A stretch of DNA of 64,000 nt from Nitrosopumilus sp. Lineage in GTDB: Archaea > Thermoproteota > Nitrososphaeria > Nitrososphaerales > Nitrosopumilaceae. Both the position numbers and the translations under genes were made by a program. The DNA is taken from contig OZ244650.1 in assembly GCA_965218785.1 (NCBI GenBank), positions 256,001-320,000 on the forward strand, in the 5' to 3' direction. The notes beneath the pieces were generated by a model that did not search any database, was not told the origin of the DNA, and saw nothing but the letters and a program-made list of their open reading frames with translations. This document shows positions 19,501-30,018 of this stretch, in pieces (within the stretch, counting starts at the first letter, position 1; the number at the start of each line of letters is the position of its first letter).

Positions 19501-21052
19501 CGGAAACAAGGAGAATGTCCAATCCAACGAATATTCAATAACAATTGACACGATGCCGCCACAGGTCCAGTCGGCGGGGACCATATCTGGTAATGCTACT
19601 AAGATAACCTTCTCAGAGCCGATTACCGGAACTGCAAGCAACTCTGACTTTACAGTATCAAACAATACAATCTCTTCTGTCTCTGTTGCAGACAGCATCG
19701 CAACCCTGACACTTGGCAGTACGATTCTATATGGTGATAGCATCACCGTATCGTACACGGGTAATACCATCATGGATGCAACAGGCAACATACTTGCCGC
19801 ATTTACAGATAAAGTGATCACAAACAACATCGAAGAGTCTATCACGCCGTCTGTAATTATAACGTCGTCTACTGCAGGTAACGGCGAGACGACCGGTTAT
19901 GGTATCATCTCATATACTGCCACCTTCAGCGAGGATGTCACAGGATTTGAAACATCTGATATTTCCGCGTCCGGTGATGCCGGATTAAACACCCCGGCAG
20001 TTTCAAACTTTGCCGGATCAGGCACATCATATACCTTTGATATACAGGCAACATCTGATGGGACCATCTCCGTTTTGATTCCACAAAACGCAGCAGACAG
20101 TGTTGCATCGATAGGAAGCACGGTCTCTGATACGTACACGGTAACAGTCAGCACAACGGCACCGACTGTCTCATCGGTGAGTGCGACTAGCGGCGGTATC
20201 TACAAGGCAGGAGATACGGTTCTAATTGCAGTGGAATTTAGCCACTCTGTTACCGTCTCTGGTACACCGCATCTCAAGCTAGAGACTGGCGACAGGGATG
20301 CAGTAGCAAAATATACTTCAGGCTCGCCTGGAACATCACTTGAATTCACACATGTCGTATCTGATGAGGAAGAGACAGACGATCTGGATTATGCTGCGAC
20401 TGACTCGCTTTCATTAAACGGAGGTGCCATATCCTCTACTATCAATTCTGCCACATCTGCAATACTCAGCCTTCCACCTACGGGTTCAGCACACGCGCTT
20501 GCATCCTCTGATATCGTAATTGATACCGTTGCCCCACGTATCGTCTCCATTGAGACCACGTCTGACTCTGCAATCAGGATTACGGCATCCGAGCCACTTG
20601 CAGGAAACGCTACAGCGTCTGATTATACCATATCCGGAATAACAGACAGCACCGTGTCTGATGTTGCCATATCTGGAAACAGCATAAATGTAAGAATAGA
20701 TGGCGAGATTACATCTGGCGATAAAGTCAAGATGTCCTATCTTGGCTCGTCTATAACTGATATTGCAGGAAACGCACTTGGCACGTTAGATGACCGCACA
20801 ATTACAAACAACATGGCATCGGATTCTCCGGTCTCTAATCCAAGGGAGTCCGACAACAGTCAGGTGAACACTCCAACACAACCAGACAACAACAATGCGG
20901 TGAACACTCCAACACAGCCAGACGACAAATCAGCAGATCCGGAACCAATATGTGATTCTGGCACGCACCTACTTGACGGCATATGCGTAGTTGACAGTCA
21001 AGACGATATATTTTCAATTATTATCAACTTGTTTGCAGGATTATTTAGCTGA
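16506..21052 (+). pseudogene. S-layer/adhesin chimera copy 2, split by a 1-bp deletion near 19247 (ORFs 16506-19265 and 19259-21052)
   Basis: Copy 1 reads ctgccaacacagattggagtg and copy 2 reads ctgccacacagattggagtg. Both halves otherwise align with copy 1 without stops. Confidence 0.8.
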
Positions 21053-21243
21053 TCCTTTACTTATCGGTTTGATTACACATGTCACAGTTGTGTCTGATCT
21101 GTCATACCACCCAATCTACTTGGGAGCAGATCCATGAATCCTACGTGGATAACTAAATGGATTCCCAAACCATCTGAACACAAGGCCCGTCCCAAGACAG
21201 TATTTCCCTGGCATGAAATCAAATAATAATTCAAGGCATAAAA

Positions 21244-22529
21244 TCAGTTTTGAGATTGTTTTACCAGCTTGCGCTTTGACTTTGGTTTAATATCTGCACA
21301 ATCCTCACATAGAATCCTTTTAAAAAACAAAAATTTCCGAAACCAAAAAGTGCAGTTCTTGCAGATTGTTTTCTTGCAGTTCCCGCAGATAAAGCTGTGC
21401 GAGCCAAACGATTTTGGCAGGTGTGCGGTACTGCCGCATGCATTGCACAGCAGGACACTGCCCTCCGTGTCTTCCCCACATATCTTACAGCCATACAGAT
21501 CCGAATCAATCATCACGTCGTGGTTGTTTTGAATCAAAAGGCATGAATATTCGCTTTTGAGGAAGTTTAAAGACAGGTCATGCCTGGGTAAAAACACCTG
21601 TTTTATGTCGTTGATTTGTATGCTTCTAGGGCCGGGGGTGCAGGTTTTTGTATATGAGACGTTGTTTCGTCCCTTATAGGAGATCTTTGCTGTAAATTTC
21701 CGGATAATGTGATCAGTCGCCTTGGATTTTAGGGTGGTAACACCCAAAAGAAAACTGGTCCTCTTATTTTCACGTGTCATTGCGGGAATCTTTGTAGAAT
21801 CCGTCAGTACCGCGTCCCTTAAGAATTCAGATTCTCTGTCTTGCAGAATGTAGCCGTCTTGCGCATTAACGATAAAACGTATGTCATCCTCGTGAACTGA
21901 GTGAATTCTTCCAACACTTGTTGAAAAATCCTGGTGAATACTTGCGCTGACAACATACACGGCATCAAGTGTAAAATTATTTGGAATTATTTGAATCAGT
22001 TCCTGGGCGGTTCTTGGGTGACTCTTAAACGAGCCTATCTTGGCCGATATCCTGTCCCTTATTTCCACCATGTCAGATGCAGGAAAACAAAATATTGTCG
22101 AGTTGTGGGATCCGATTACGATCTTGATTCCTGCCTTTTGTGCAAGTGCAATCAGCCTGTATCTGTCAAACAGTTCTATCGGGGTCTTTTTGGATAAAAG
22201 TTTTGCATGCTGTATTGCCTCATCGGAATACTTTCCGGTGGTAATTATATTCCCCTGGCCGCATGCGATGAGATAACTGCAGAGTGGAGTTTCTGCACTA
22301 TTGGTCTTCCAATTGACGAGTTTGGCTGATGTTTGCATTCTACTACAATACTCTCTCCATCTGGCTGATTAATGATCAAGTCACGTCCGCCATCTGCCAC
22401 GTTGCCAATCCGCCGGACATCACCCCAGTTTGATCTGTGAAATATTCTCTCACAAAGCTGCTCAAATCCAAATCCGTCCATGTCATCAAGATAGGCAGTT
22501 TCAGTTTCCGGCATTATATTTTTTGACAT
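21244..22529 (-). pseudogene. mrr: Mrr-family restriction endonuclease with C-terminal Cys/His-rich Zn-binding domain, frameshifted near 22250
   Basis: FE.LC.RIF, ADGGRD, VVECKH, IGRPIVQKLHSA in ORF 22245-22529 continue as IITTGKYSDEA in ORF 21244-22338. Junction GGA ATA TAA TTA CC lacks one base. Several CxxC pairs at the C-terminus. Confidence 0.8.
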
Positions 22530-22788
22530 TAAGATACATGTAAATATATATGAACACAGGTAATCCGATTTTTTTGTACCCCCATGCTAATGGCGATGAG
22601 AATATCAAAGATGGATGCGTAACCACTCCCGGTGTAACTAATAAATGGTTAAACTTGAAGATACCAACATGGATGGGACATGGAACTTTGTTGCAGGCAG
22701 TACCTAGTTTGTTCTTACAATTACAGTCAGATTTGTGGGATTCAATGCTCTCAGGAGGTTTGAGCCCGGACATTGGGGTGAATCTGAT

Positions 22789-24003
22789 ATGTTGAAATAC
22801 ATTTTACTGTCTTTACTTGTGGTACTTGTCACATATACAACCGAAGAAGCAGATGCACAAGATCTTGTTGTTTCTACAGATTATGCCAAGTATGAGTTAG
22901 GCGATATCATACAGGTTAACATTGCAAACACAGGAAACTCTACTGCCATATTTAACTATGAAATAATTAATGAACAAGAAAATATTTTTCCAAAAAAGTG
23001 CATCTCATCTAATGATACATCAAATATTCTTGCAGGACAAACTAGAACCCTCTTGCTTGATACCAAATGTGTTGGATCTCACGCACACGGAAATTGGACT
23101 GTGGTGAGCAAATTAACACATGATGGCAAACCAAGTGAACTTTTTAGCTCTGCCAGTTTTGATATCGTAATGAAGATTTTTTCATGTGGCTCAGATGACT
23201 GTACGATTTCAACAGGTTTTCTTGATCGAAATAACACATCAGAATATCTCCAAAATAATACTGGATGGAATCAAAAAAAATTCTTACGATCTGCACTGTA
23301 TTTATTTTCAGACAGCTTTGGAAATATAGTCATACCGATTACAACGGATGGATCTTACTCGTTAGATATTAAAACTAAAAAAATATCTTTTTTAGACATT
23401 GTTGAGAATCATGAGCGTTTGTATATGTATATTTCAGGAATCAACAAAAATGATCCCACATATTCGAAAACATTTGACATGAGCTATTTAGAAATTTTTC
23501 CAGAGGAAAAAAATATGATAACAATCTCATTTCCAAATATGTTTAATCTGGATGGTTTTTCTTCTGATTTAAGGAAATCAGATTTAGGATTTGATCGTGA
23601 CACATATGATAATACTGTACTCATAGATGGTCCTGTCATACCTGATTTTGGTAATTCTCAGATGTTTACATATGACTTTTTTTTCATTAAACAGTTAGAA
23701 TATTCAACGATTGTAGATAACACACATACGCATACGACAATTCCAAAAGATCGTCCACATCTTTCAATATTTTCTAGTTTTAATGGAACATTTGCTGATG
23801 GTGTTCACACCATGCCTCAACGATTCAGTCATTATGACTACATATTCCCCCCATTAAAGCAAACACAAAACGGGGTGGAACCACAAGATATTCTCTGCAA
23901 GGAACATCTAAAACTAGTATTGCACCCTGATGGTTCACCATCCTGCGTAAAGCCCGAATCAATCTCAAAGTTGATACAGTATGGATGGACAACTACAAAT
24001 TGA
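22789..24003 (+). CDS. Secreted hypothetical protein with thaumarchaeal PLKQ...CVKP...GW C-terminal domain
   Basis: Signal peptide from MLKYILLS (ATG 22789); C-terminus PPLKQ..GV...DILC...L.L....DGSPSCVKP....KL...GW; AT-rich. Confidence 0.75.
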   Translation: MLKYILLSLLVVLVTYTTEEADAQDLVVSTDYAKYELGDIIQVNIANTGNSTAIFNYEIINEQENIFPKKCISSNDTSNILAGQTRTLLLDTKCVGSHAHGNWTVVSKLTHDGKPSELFSSASFDIVMKIFSCGSDDCTISTGFLDRNNTSEYLQNNTGWNQKKFLRSALYLFSDSFGNIVIPITTDGSYSLDIKTKKISFLDIVENHERLYMYISGINKNDPTYSKTFDMSYLEIFPEEKNMITISFPNMFNLDGFSSDLRKSDLGFDRDTYDNTVLIDGPVIPDFGNSQMFTYDFFFIKQLEYSTIVDNTHTHTTIPKDRPHLSIFSSFNGTFADGVHTMPQRFSHYDYIFPPLKQTQNGVEPQDILCKEHLKLVLHPDGSPSCVKPESISKLIQYGWTTTN

Positions 24004-24836
24004 AATTAATCTGTGTTAGTCAGGACAATACAAACATTGGAAATTCAGATGGTATAGTATTAATGTCAAGCAGATGATTAGATTAGATCAAAGTAATGTT
24101 AGTAGGAACATCAAATATTTGGAGCCTGTAATTTTTGTAATGAGTAAAACCTTACGAGTGGATACTAGGATCATCAAAAGAACCAATACAGTGAGGTTTA
24201 ATGTGTATTCAATATTGTTTGACCAAAGTTATTGAGACTTGAAAGTATGGATGTCTAGGATTATGTGAGATCTTGAGAGAAGGACCGTTAAGAGAAGAGA
24301 CATGTGCCTTGGATATGAGCCTTACATGAGACATGAGCGCCTTGATTCTTCTGGAGAGTTTATTTCTTCTGGAGTGCCTACATGAAAATCTGAAATGAGG
24401 TGGGTTTGATTCAAAAAATTTCTGGAGAAAATTTTGAGAGGCTGATCGTCGGGCTTTTCTCAAAGTCTGAGACGGTTGGGATATGTCTACCAGAATTTGT
24501 TGCAAATTGAGGTTGTCATATAGATCCGTCAAAATGGTAAAACATTATTTTGGTCATCTTTACATCTGGAAATGTATTTGGGAATATTCTCGTACGGCTT
24601 TACAGCTGCGATACTTTTTGCATGCAATGCGCAGCATTGGATACGGCATAGATTGCTTTCTCCCGATTATTCTTTTTTTGTTGCGTGATCTCTTGAAGCT
24701 ATCCCCAGAACTTATTTTTGCAGGATTTATGGATCTTGCTTTCTCCCGGCACGGTATTTTTGTATCTGCGTTTTGCAGGGATTTTTTGCCGGGCTTTATG
24801 CAGTTTTCAGAAACAGGGTTCTGCATGAAAAACCTA

Positions 24837-24911
24837 CGGGCCCAAAGGGCTTCGATCCCTTGACCATTGGATTAGAAGTCCAACACTCTATCCATGCTGA
24901 GCTATGGGCCC
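24837..24911 (-). tRNA. tRNA-Arg (anticodon UCU), no intron, CCA not encoded
   Basis: Minus strand GGGCCCATAGCTCAGCATGGATAGAGTGTTGGACTTCTAATCCAATGGTCAAGGGATCGAAGCCCTTTGGGCCCG folds as a cloverleaf; anticodon arm TTGGA-CT TCT AA-TCCAA. Confidence 0.95.
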
Positions 24912-24944
24912 AAAAACCTAGCAATCAATTACCATTTTAAGGGT

Positions 24945-25787
24945 TTACAGCCACTTTTTTTGATAATTCTCCCTTTCCATCTTGAAGAGAAATTGTTGCG
25001 CATATCCTGCATAAGGACCAAAATGATTCACGATTCTCCCATGAAGAACATCGTACTGCTTTTCCGTAATTGTTTTTGTATTTAATTCAAACTCATCAAA
25101 ATAATATCTTTTTAAAATTTTGATCATCCATCTATCTAGCGGGAATGCCTCTAATTTGTTCAATGAAAATAACATTACACAGTCTGCAACCTTGTTTCCC
25201 ACACCGGGAATCAAACGGATATTTTTTTTAGCCTCAAAATAATCTGTTTTTTCCATCTCCTCTAGGTCAACCTCCCTGGAATCAATCATCCTTGCTGCCT
25301 GTTTGATGAATTTCGCACGATATCCGACCCCGCATTTTAGAATTTCGCCTGCAGGGGCACATGCCAGTTTTTCCGGCCCTGGAAACAAAGAAAACTCTTG
25401 TTCTTCAAATTCAATTTTTTCTCCAAATTTTTCGGTCATTTTCTCCAAACTAGTCTTGATTTTTTGTATGTTGGAGTTTGAAGATACGATAAAGGAGATC
25501 AGGCATTGGAAGGGATCCTGCCTGAGCAGTCTGAGTCCCGGATACTTTTTTATGGCTTTTTTTGTGGTTTTATCCCTCGAAATTGACTTTATTATCCTCT
25601 CCACATCGTCGTTTTTCCTGAAAAAATCCGTCCTGATGTTCTGATATGATTTGAGGTTTCCCCGGCTATTAACTCTCAGAACGTTTTGACCATTTACTCC
25701 ATACCAGAAATTCCCGTTTTTTCTCCATAGGAACACCTGGCCACTATTAATCGAATCATCAACATTTATGGAATAATTATTTTGCAT
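24945..25787 (-). CDS. ogg: 8-oxoguanine DNA glycosylase (OGG1/AlkA, HhH-GPD family)
   Basis: SGQVFLW, LRLLRQDPFQCLISFI.SSNSNI, GYRAK, HhH motif IPGVGNKVADCV, FPLD, YAGYAQQFLF. Confidence 0.9.
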   Translation of the reverse strand: MQNNYSINVDDSINSGQVFLWRKNGNFWYGVNGQNVLRVNSRGNLKSYQNIRTDFFRKNDDVERIIKSISRDKTTKKAIKKYPGLRLLRQDPFQCLISFIVSSNSNIQKIKTSLEKMTEKFGEKIEFEEQEFSLFPGPEKLACAPAGEILKCGVGYRAKFIKQAARMIDSREVDLEEMEKTDYFEAKKNIRLIPGVGNKVADCVMLFSLNKLEAFPLDRWMIKILKRYYFDEFELNTKTITEKQYDVLHGRIVNHFGPYAGYAQQFLFKMERENYQKKWL

Positions 25788-25788
25788 T

Positions 25789-27054
25789 TCAGGCAGTTAC
25801 TTTCTCATTAACTGCAGGAGCGTGCGCATCCAAACCAAATTTTTCATGAATCTCCCTGGCAAACATATCACATGATTCAGAATCCCCGTGAACTGTCAGC
25901 ACCTTGGGGTTTCCCTTGATTTTTTTGATCATTGCAAATAATTCATTTCTGTCTGCATGTCCTGAAAACTCGAACTGTTTTACCTCTGCTGTAACGTTGA
26001 GATCCTTTCCTCTAGTTGAAACCTTTCCCGTATCCAGTAATTTTTTACCCGGAGTGCCTTCACCCTGATAAGATACCAGGGCAATGCCGTTTTTATCATC
26101 AAATGCCAGCTGTTGTAGATAGTATACCGCATTACCGCCGACTAGCATTCCGGCCGGTGATATCACAACACACGGCTCACCCATCGCCTGTTCCCGCTCG
26201 GCATGTCTTCTAATTGCAGTTGCGCTGCTGATGACCTCTGAAAACATTTTTGGATCCCTTAGGTATTCCGGATGTTTAAGCATTATTTCATTTACCTTCA
26301 GTGCCATTCCGTCCATTATGATTCTATGTTTGAAATTCACACTCTTTAGAATGCAGGCAATTTCTTGGGAGCGTTCCACTGAAAACGACGGAATAAACAA
26401 TATTCCCTTTCTATCCATTACCTCGTTTGCAAATTCCACTAGTTCCTTCTCGGATTCCCTTCTTGGCTTTTGCTCTGTCTTGGCATACGTGCACTCTGTA
26501 ATCAACAGATCAATCTCCCCCACATCCAAATCCATCTCACGCAACATTCTTGAACCGTTTGTTTTGACATCCCCTGTATAGAAAAGACGCTTTTTCTCAG
26601 ATTCCACCAAGACGGCGCCTCCGCCGATTACATGACCTGATTCTCTTAACTCAAAAGTCGCATTTCCCTTTGTGATTTTTTGTTTGAATCCGATCTGCTT
26701 GGCATTTTTCATCATGTTGTTTAATTCAGGCAGATCAAACGGATGTGCATTCTTTTCAATCTTTAGCATGTCTTTTATCAACAGACTTGATAGATCAAAG
26801 GTTGGAGGTGTGGCATAAACATCGGTATTTCCGCTGACAAAAAGGGATGGAACATTTCCGGAATGATCCAGGTGAGCATGGGTTATTATGATGGCATCCA
26901 AATCCTTTGGTTTGACATGAAGCGGATATTTCGGAGGTGTTCCCCTTCTACCAAACATTACTCCATAATCAAGCAGGAGATTTGTTCCATTGCAATTGAC
27001 CAGAAAACCAGACCTGCCAACCTCGTTTGCAGCTCCTAAAACTTTAACATCCAA
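25789..27054 (-). CDS. Beta-CASP metallo-beta-lactamase ribonuclease (aCPSF family)
   Basis: LGAANEVGRS, THAHLDHSG, GHVIG, YTGD, ECTY, FSGHAD, VHGD. Confidence 0.92.
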   Translation of the reverse strand: MDVKVLGAANEVGRSGFLVNCNGTNLLLDYGVMFGRRGTPPKYPLHVKPKDLDAIIITHAHLDHSGNVPSLFVSGNTDVYATPPTFDLSSLLIKDMLKIEKNAHPFDLPELNNMMKNAKQIGFKQKITKGNATFELRESGHVIGGGAVLVESEKKRLFYTGDVKTNGSRMLREMDLDVGEIDLLITECTYAKTEQKPRRESEKELVEFANEVMDRKGILFIPSFSVERSQEIACILKSVNFKHRIIMDGMALKVNEIMLKHPEYLRDPKMFSEVISSATAIRRHAEREQAMGEPCVVISPAGMLVGGNAVYYLQQLAFDDKNGIALVSYQGEGTPGKKLLDTGKVSTRGKDLNVTAEVKQFEFSGHADRNELFAMIKKIKGNPKVLTVHGDSESCDMFAREIHEKFGLDAHAPAVNEKVTA

Positions 27055-27166
27055 GAATTAAAATGAATTTTTATCTTACGTTAAAACCTTCGGAGTGGGT
27101 TCGATCATTATGCATATTATAGAATCTACAAAAGCTTTAATTAGTGCAAGCTAAGATACGATCCTC

Positions 27167-27379
27167 ATGGGAAGAAGCTTCCAAGAATGGTTAGGACAGC
27201 AAGATCAAGCAGTCGTCGCTAAAACACGTGCCGGTGACGAAGCAAACAAACCGCTCCTAAACCAAATTAACTGGATTTGGGTTAACAATCTGATGAATAA
27301 GAAAGCGGATCTAAATCCTTCTTCTGCTGAATTACTTGACTGGGTTACTTCTGGTCAAATAGACGCAATGAGAAAATAA
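27167..27379 (+). CDS. Small conserved hypothetical protein
   Basis: 70-aa Trp-rich ORF with upstream TATA-like tttaatta and a T-rich terminator. Confidence 0.75.
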   Translation: MGRSFQEWLGQQDQAVVAKTRAGDEANKPLLNQINWIWVNNLMNKKADLNPSSAELLDWVTSGQIDAMRK

Positions 27380-27516
27380 ACGTACAAAACGTCATCTTTT
27401 TGTTTTTTAATTTTTTACTCCATCTTTGTGCGTGTCTTTTGATTCGATCAATTTCATAACAGGGTTATGAATTTCAATCATGGTTTAAATAGTCATCATG
27501 AGGTATGGAAACTATA

Positions 27517-27819
27517 ATGCCAATAGCAATACTTCCAGACATTGACGAACAAAGATGTATCGGATGTGCACTATGTGTAGAAATCTGTACAACTCTTGGT
27601 CCCGATGTCCTTAGAGTAAAACCAGTTGAAGGTTGGAAGAGAGGTAAAGCATTTGTATTTTATCCAGAAAGATGTATTTCTGATGGTGCATGCATAGGTG
27701 TATGTCCAACAAAATCAATCTTTTGGATGAGACCAATGAATTACACAGCTGGACAACCAGTACCTCTTCACAAAAACGGTGTCTTCATCAAAGGTTGGGC
27801 AGAAGACGCGGCACTATAA
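27517..27819 (+). CDS. 4Fe-4S dicluster ferredoxin
   Basis: CIGCALCVEIC and CISDGACIGVCP motifs. Confidence 0.92.
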   Translation: MPIAILPDIDEQRCIGCALCVEICTTLGPDVLRVKPVEGWKRGKAFVFYPERCISDGACIGVCPTKSIFWMRPMNYTAGQPVPLHKNGVFIKGWAEDAAL

Positions 27820-27857
27820 GCCGAATCTTTTAGCACATTCTTTTTTCTTATTTTTAA

Positions 27858-29369
27858 CTAGACGAAAGATTTTTTCCGAATGTCTTTTGGCAGCATTTTT
27901 ATAAAATGCTTCAGGAACATGTCTTTTCTATCATAATGAACTTCTGAAAATTTGTTGTTATCAAAGAAATGTTTCCATGTCTTTTCAAAGGCGGGAAACT
28001 CGCCTGGATCAAAGTCTATCCTAGAAGTTTCATGATGTGCTGCAGGGTAGATGTCTGAAATTTCAATTGGAATCAACCCCAGATGCGGATTATACTGACA
28101 TATCTGCATGGAATCAAAATCTTTTAATTTTTTTCCAAGTTCAACATATTCACGTGACAGATACCCAGGTTTTGTATTTGATTCCTTAGTGATGAGGATC
28201 TTTTTTTTCTTTGATTTGAATCTTCGAATCATGCTGTGATATCCCTGAACCTCCGGACGGAATTGGTCTTCCTTGTCATAGAGAAAAATGGCCCTTTCTT
28301 TGAATTTGGGTGTAGAGATACTGAAAAACTCGTGGTTGTCTGTCATGACTTTGATCATCTCAAATAATTTGGGATGTGCTCTTGCCTTTTTTATTACATA
28401 CTCCCACAACCTTCCTTCGTGGATTGATTGTTTTACCCTGTCCACTTCTAGCTTGATTGCATGCAGATTATGAACTGCCAGCTGATTGATTTTTTCAGTC
28501 ATCTCAAGCTGGCGCAGTTCGTCTGGCGTATATTTTGAACACACCTCGCAATTACATGGAAATACGGCAATATCAGCCAAATAACGCGTACCGTCATCTG
28601 TAATGTATCTCAGATGTTTGGCATAAAGCATGTAGGATGCCGAGTCAAACGTATCACACCCCAGGGCCACTGCAAACGGTATCGTTAGGGGGTGTCCTGC
28701 CCCAAAGAGATGCAAAGGAATGGAATGGGGCATCTGTTTTTTTGCGGCAACTATCATCTGTGCCAGCAGTCTGTATTCATATGATTCCATGAATTCAACC
28801 GGACTCCCCAGAGCCAGCATCTTAAAGCCAATATCCACCAATTTCTTTGTCGATTTTGCGACAAGTTCAAAATGCTCGCCACCCTGAATCGGACCAATCC
28901 AAATCTGGCCATTGTCCTTGCTATTATCAAGTGTCTGTTTTGAAACTCGAAGTGTGTGGTTAACGTATGCCTCTGCCTTTTTTAACGGCAATCCAAATCC
29001 GGTTGGCTTGTCAAGTGGAATCGCAAAGTCAGTCAGAATCCCCCCCTCAAAGTCTGCCATCTCCGGCGGTGATACCTTGAGATCCCCGTATTCCAGAACT
29101 TGATAACCTCCAGAATCCGTCATGATTGCACCATCAAAATCTATAATTTTATGAATTCCTTTTTCTACGGCTGTATTGCCGAAATTGTTTCTTGTGATGT
29201 ATGCGTTTGTAATTACTAGATCAAAACCGATGGATTGGATTTTCTTTGATGGTATTGTCTGCTTTACCGGATGAATAACAGGTACGTATGCAGGCGTCTC
29301 AATTTTTCCATGATTGGTGTGTAGAATGCCGATTCTTCCTGCCAAGTCCGTTTTGGAAATTTCAAACAA
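27858..29369 (-). CDS. tgtA: Archaeosine tRNA-guanine(15) transglycosylase
   Basis: ETPAYVPV, MTDSGGYQ, HLFGAGHP, GCDTFDSASY, Zn site CNCEVC..HN. Confidence 0.93.
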   Translation of the reverse strand: MFEISKTDLAGRIGILHTNHGKIETPAYVPVIHPVKQTIPSKKIQSIGFDLVITNAYITRNNFGNTAVEKGIHKIIDFDGAIMTDSGGYQVLEYGDLKVSPPEMADFEGGILTDFAIPLDKPTGFGLPLKKAEAYVNHTLRVSKQTLDNSKDNGQIWIGPIQGGEHFELVAKSTKKLVDIGFKMLALGSPVEFMESYEYRLLAQMIVAAKKQMPHSIPLHLFGAGHPLTIPFAVALGCDTFDSASYMLYAKHLRYITDDGTRYLADIAVFPCNCEVCSKYTPDELRQLEMTEKINQLAVHNLHAIKLEVDRVKQSIHEGRLWEYVIKKARAHPKLFEMIKVMTDNHEFFSISTPKFKERAIFLYDKEDQFRPEVQGYHSMIRRFKSKKKKILITKESNTKPGYLSREYVELGKKLKDFDSMQICQYNPHLGLIPIEISDIYPAAHHETSRIDFDPGEFPAFEKTWKHFFDNNKFSEVHYDRKDMFLKHFIKMLPKDIRKKSFV

Positions 29370-29400
29370 CAGTAACTACCTAACCAGAGGCGTTATTTAA

Positions 29401-29955
29401 TCAATCAGCAAAAAATTTTTTCAAATCACTGTTTTTTGCAACCAAGTCAAGCCAATCAACTTCCTCACCGCCTTCATGGCTGGAAATTACAGTCATCACC
29501 CTTTCCACCGTTTCTAGAATGCTTTTTCCGCTTGTGTTAACCTGGAATACCTTTTCCTGAAATTTACTTGTTGCATCATGTGCAATTATGCCCAGTATCT
29601 CACTGCCTGTATTTTCTCTGATTTTTTCAGCCGTGTACTTTCTCTCCTCATAAATGGGGATCAAATCATAAGGACTTTTTCTCAAGACGATCATTATTTT
29701 TATTCTGTTTTTGGCCAGAACGTAGGGTGCTAAATGACCCACAACCACATTTTTTCCTGAAATTTTTTCTCCAAGAATCTTTTCTAGTTTTGAGGCATCA
29801 ACCTCGTTTGCATTATCATCATTATCTTCAAACAGTCCTGCGTCTTTTGCCGTGTTGTTGATATCTATTATGGACAGGCCGAGCTTTTCGGCAATTTCCT
29901 GTGTTATGGTGTGTTTTCCCACCCCCGGACTACCTGTAATCACTACTACTGACAT
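29401..29955 (-). CDS. Adenylate kinase, Fap7/hCINAP (AK6) type
   Basis: ITGSPGVGK P-loop, VVGHLA, R.Y...KI.EN..SE. Confidence 0.8.
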   Translation of the reverse strand: MSVVVITGSPGVGKHTITQEIAEKLGLSIIDINNTAKDAGLFEDNDDNANEVDASKLEKILGEKISGKNVVVGHLAPYVLAKNRIKIMIVLRKSPYDLIPIYEERKYTAEKIRENTGSEILGIIAHDATSKFQEKVFQVNTSGKSILETVERVMTVISSHEGGEEVDWLDLVAKNSDLKKFFAD

Positions 29956-30018
29956 GATATAACATCATGAATACTGCATTAAACGATTTCTGCAATACTA
30001 ATAAGTAGAATCAGCTTT

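Larger units (their letters stand above)
11347..21205 (+). repeat. Tandem duplication, units 11347-16340 and 16467-21205
   Basis: Both units share the upstream aatcatacgatag..caactcttaatacaagacgacATG, long near-identical coding stretches and ~155 bp downstream ending cccgtcccaagacagtattt. Confidence 0.95.

Noticed and set aside
12972-20154. Antisense ORFs within the S-layer paralogs
   Set aside because: Shadow frames produced by the codon bias of T/S/D/G-rich genes; they repeat along with the sense gene.
11386-21052. Diversity-generating retroelement (TR/VR pair)
   Set aside because: No reverse transcriptase in the window, and differences between the copies are not confined to adenines.
21244-22529. 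Programmed ribosomal frameshift in mrr
   Set aside because: No canonical slippery heptamer at the junction; a single-base deletion or sequencing error is simpler.
22501-22795. Short ORFs upstream of the secreted protein
   Set aside because: Overlapping on both strands with no convincing family signature.
11233-24911. Intact provirus or integrative element at tRNA-Arg
   Set aside because: No integrase, no viral hallmark genes, and no duplicate of the tRNA 3' end found at the left boundary.
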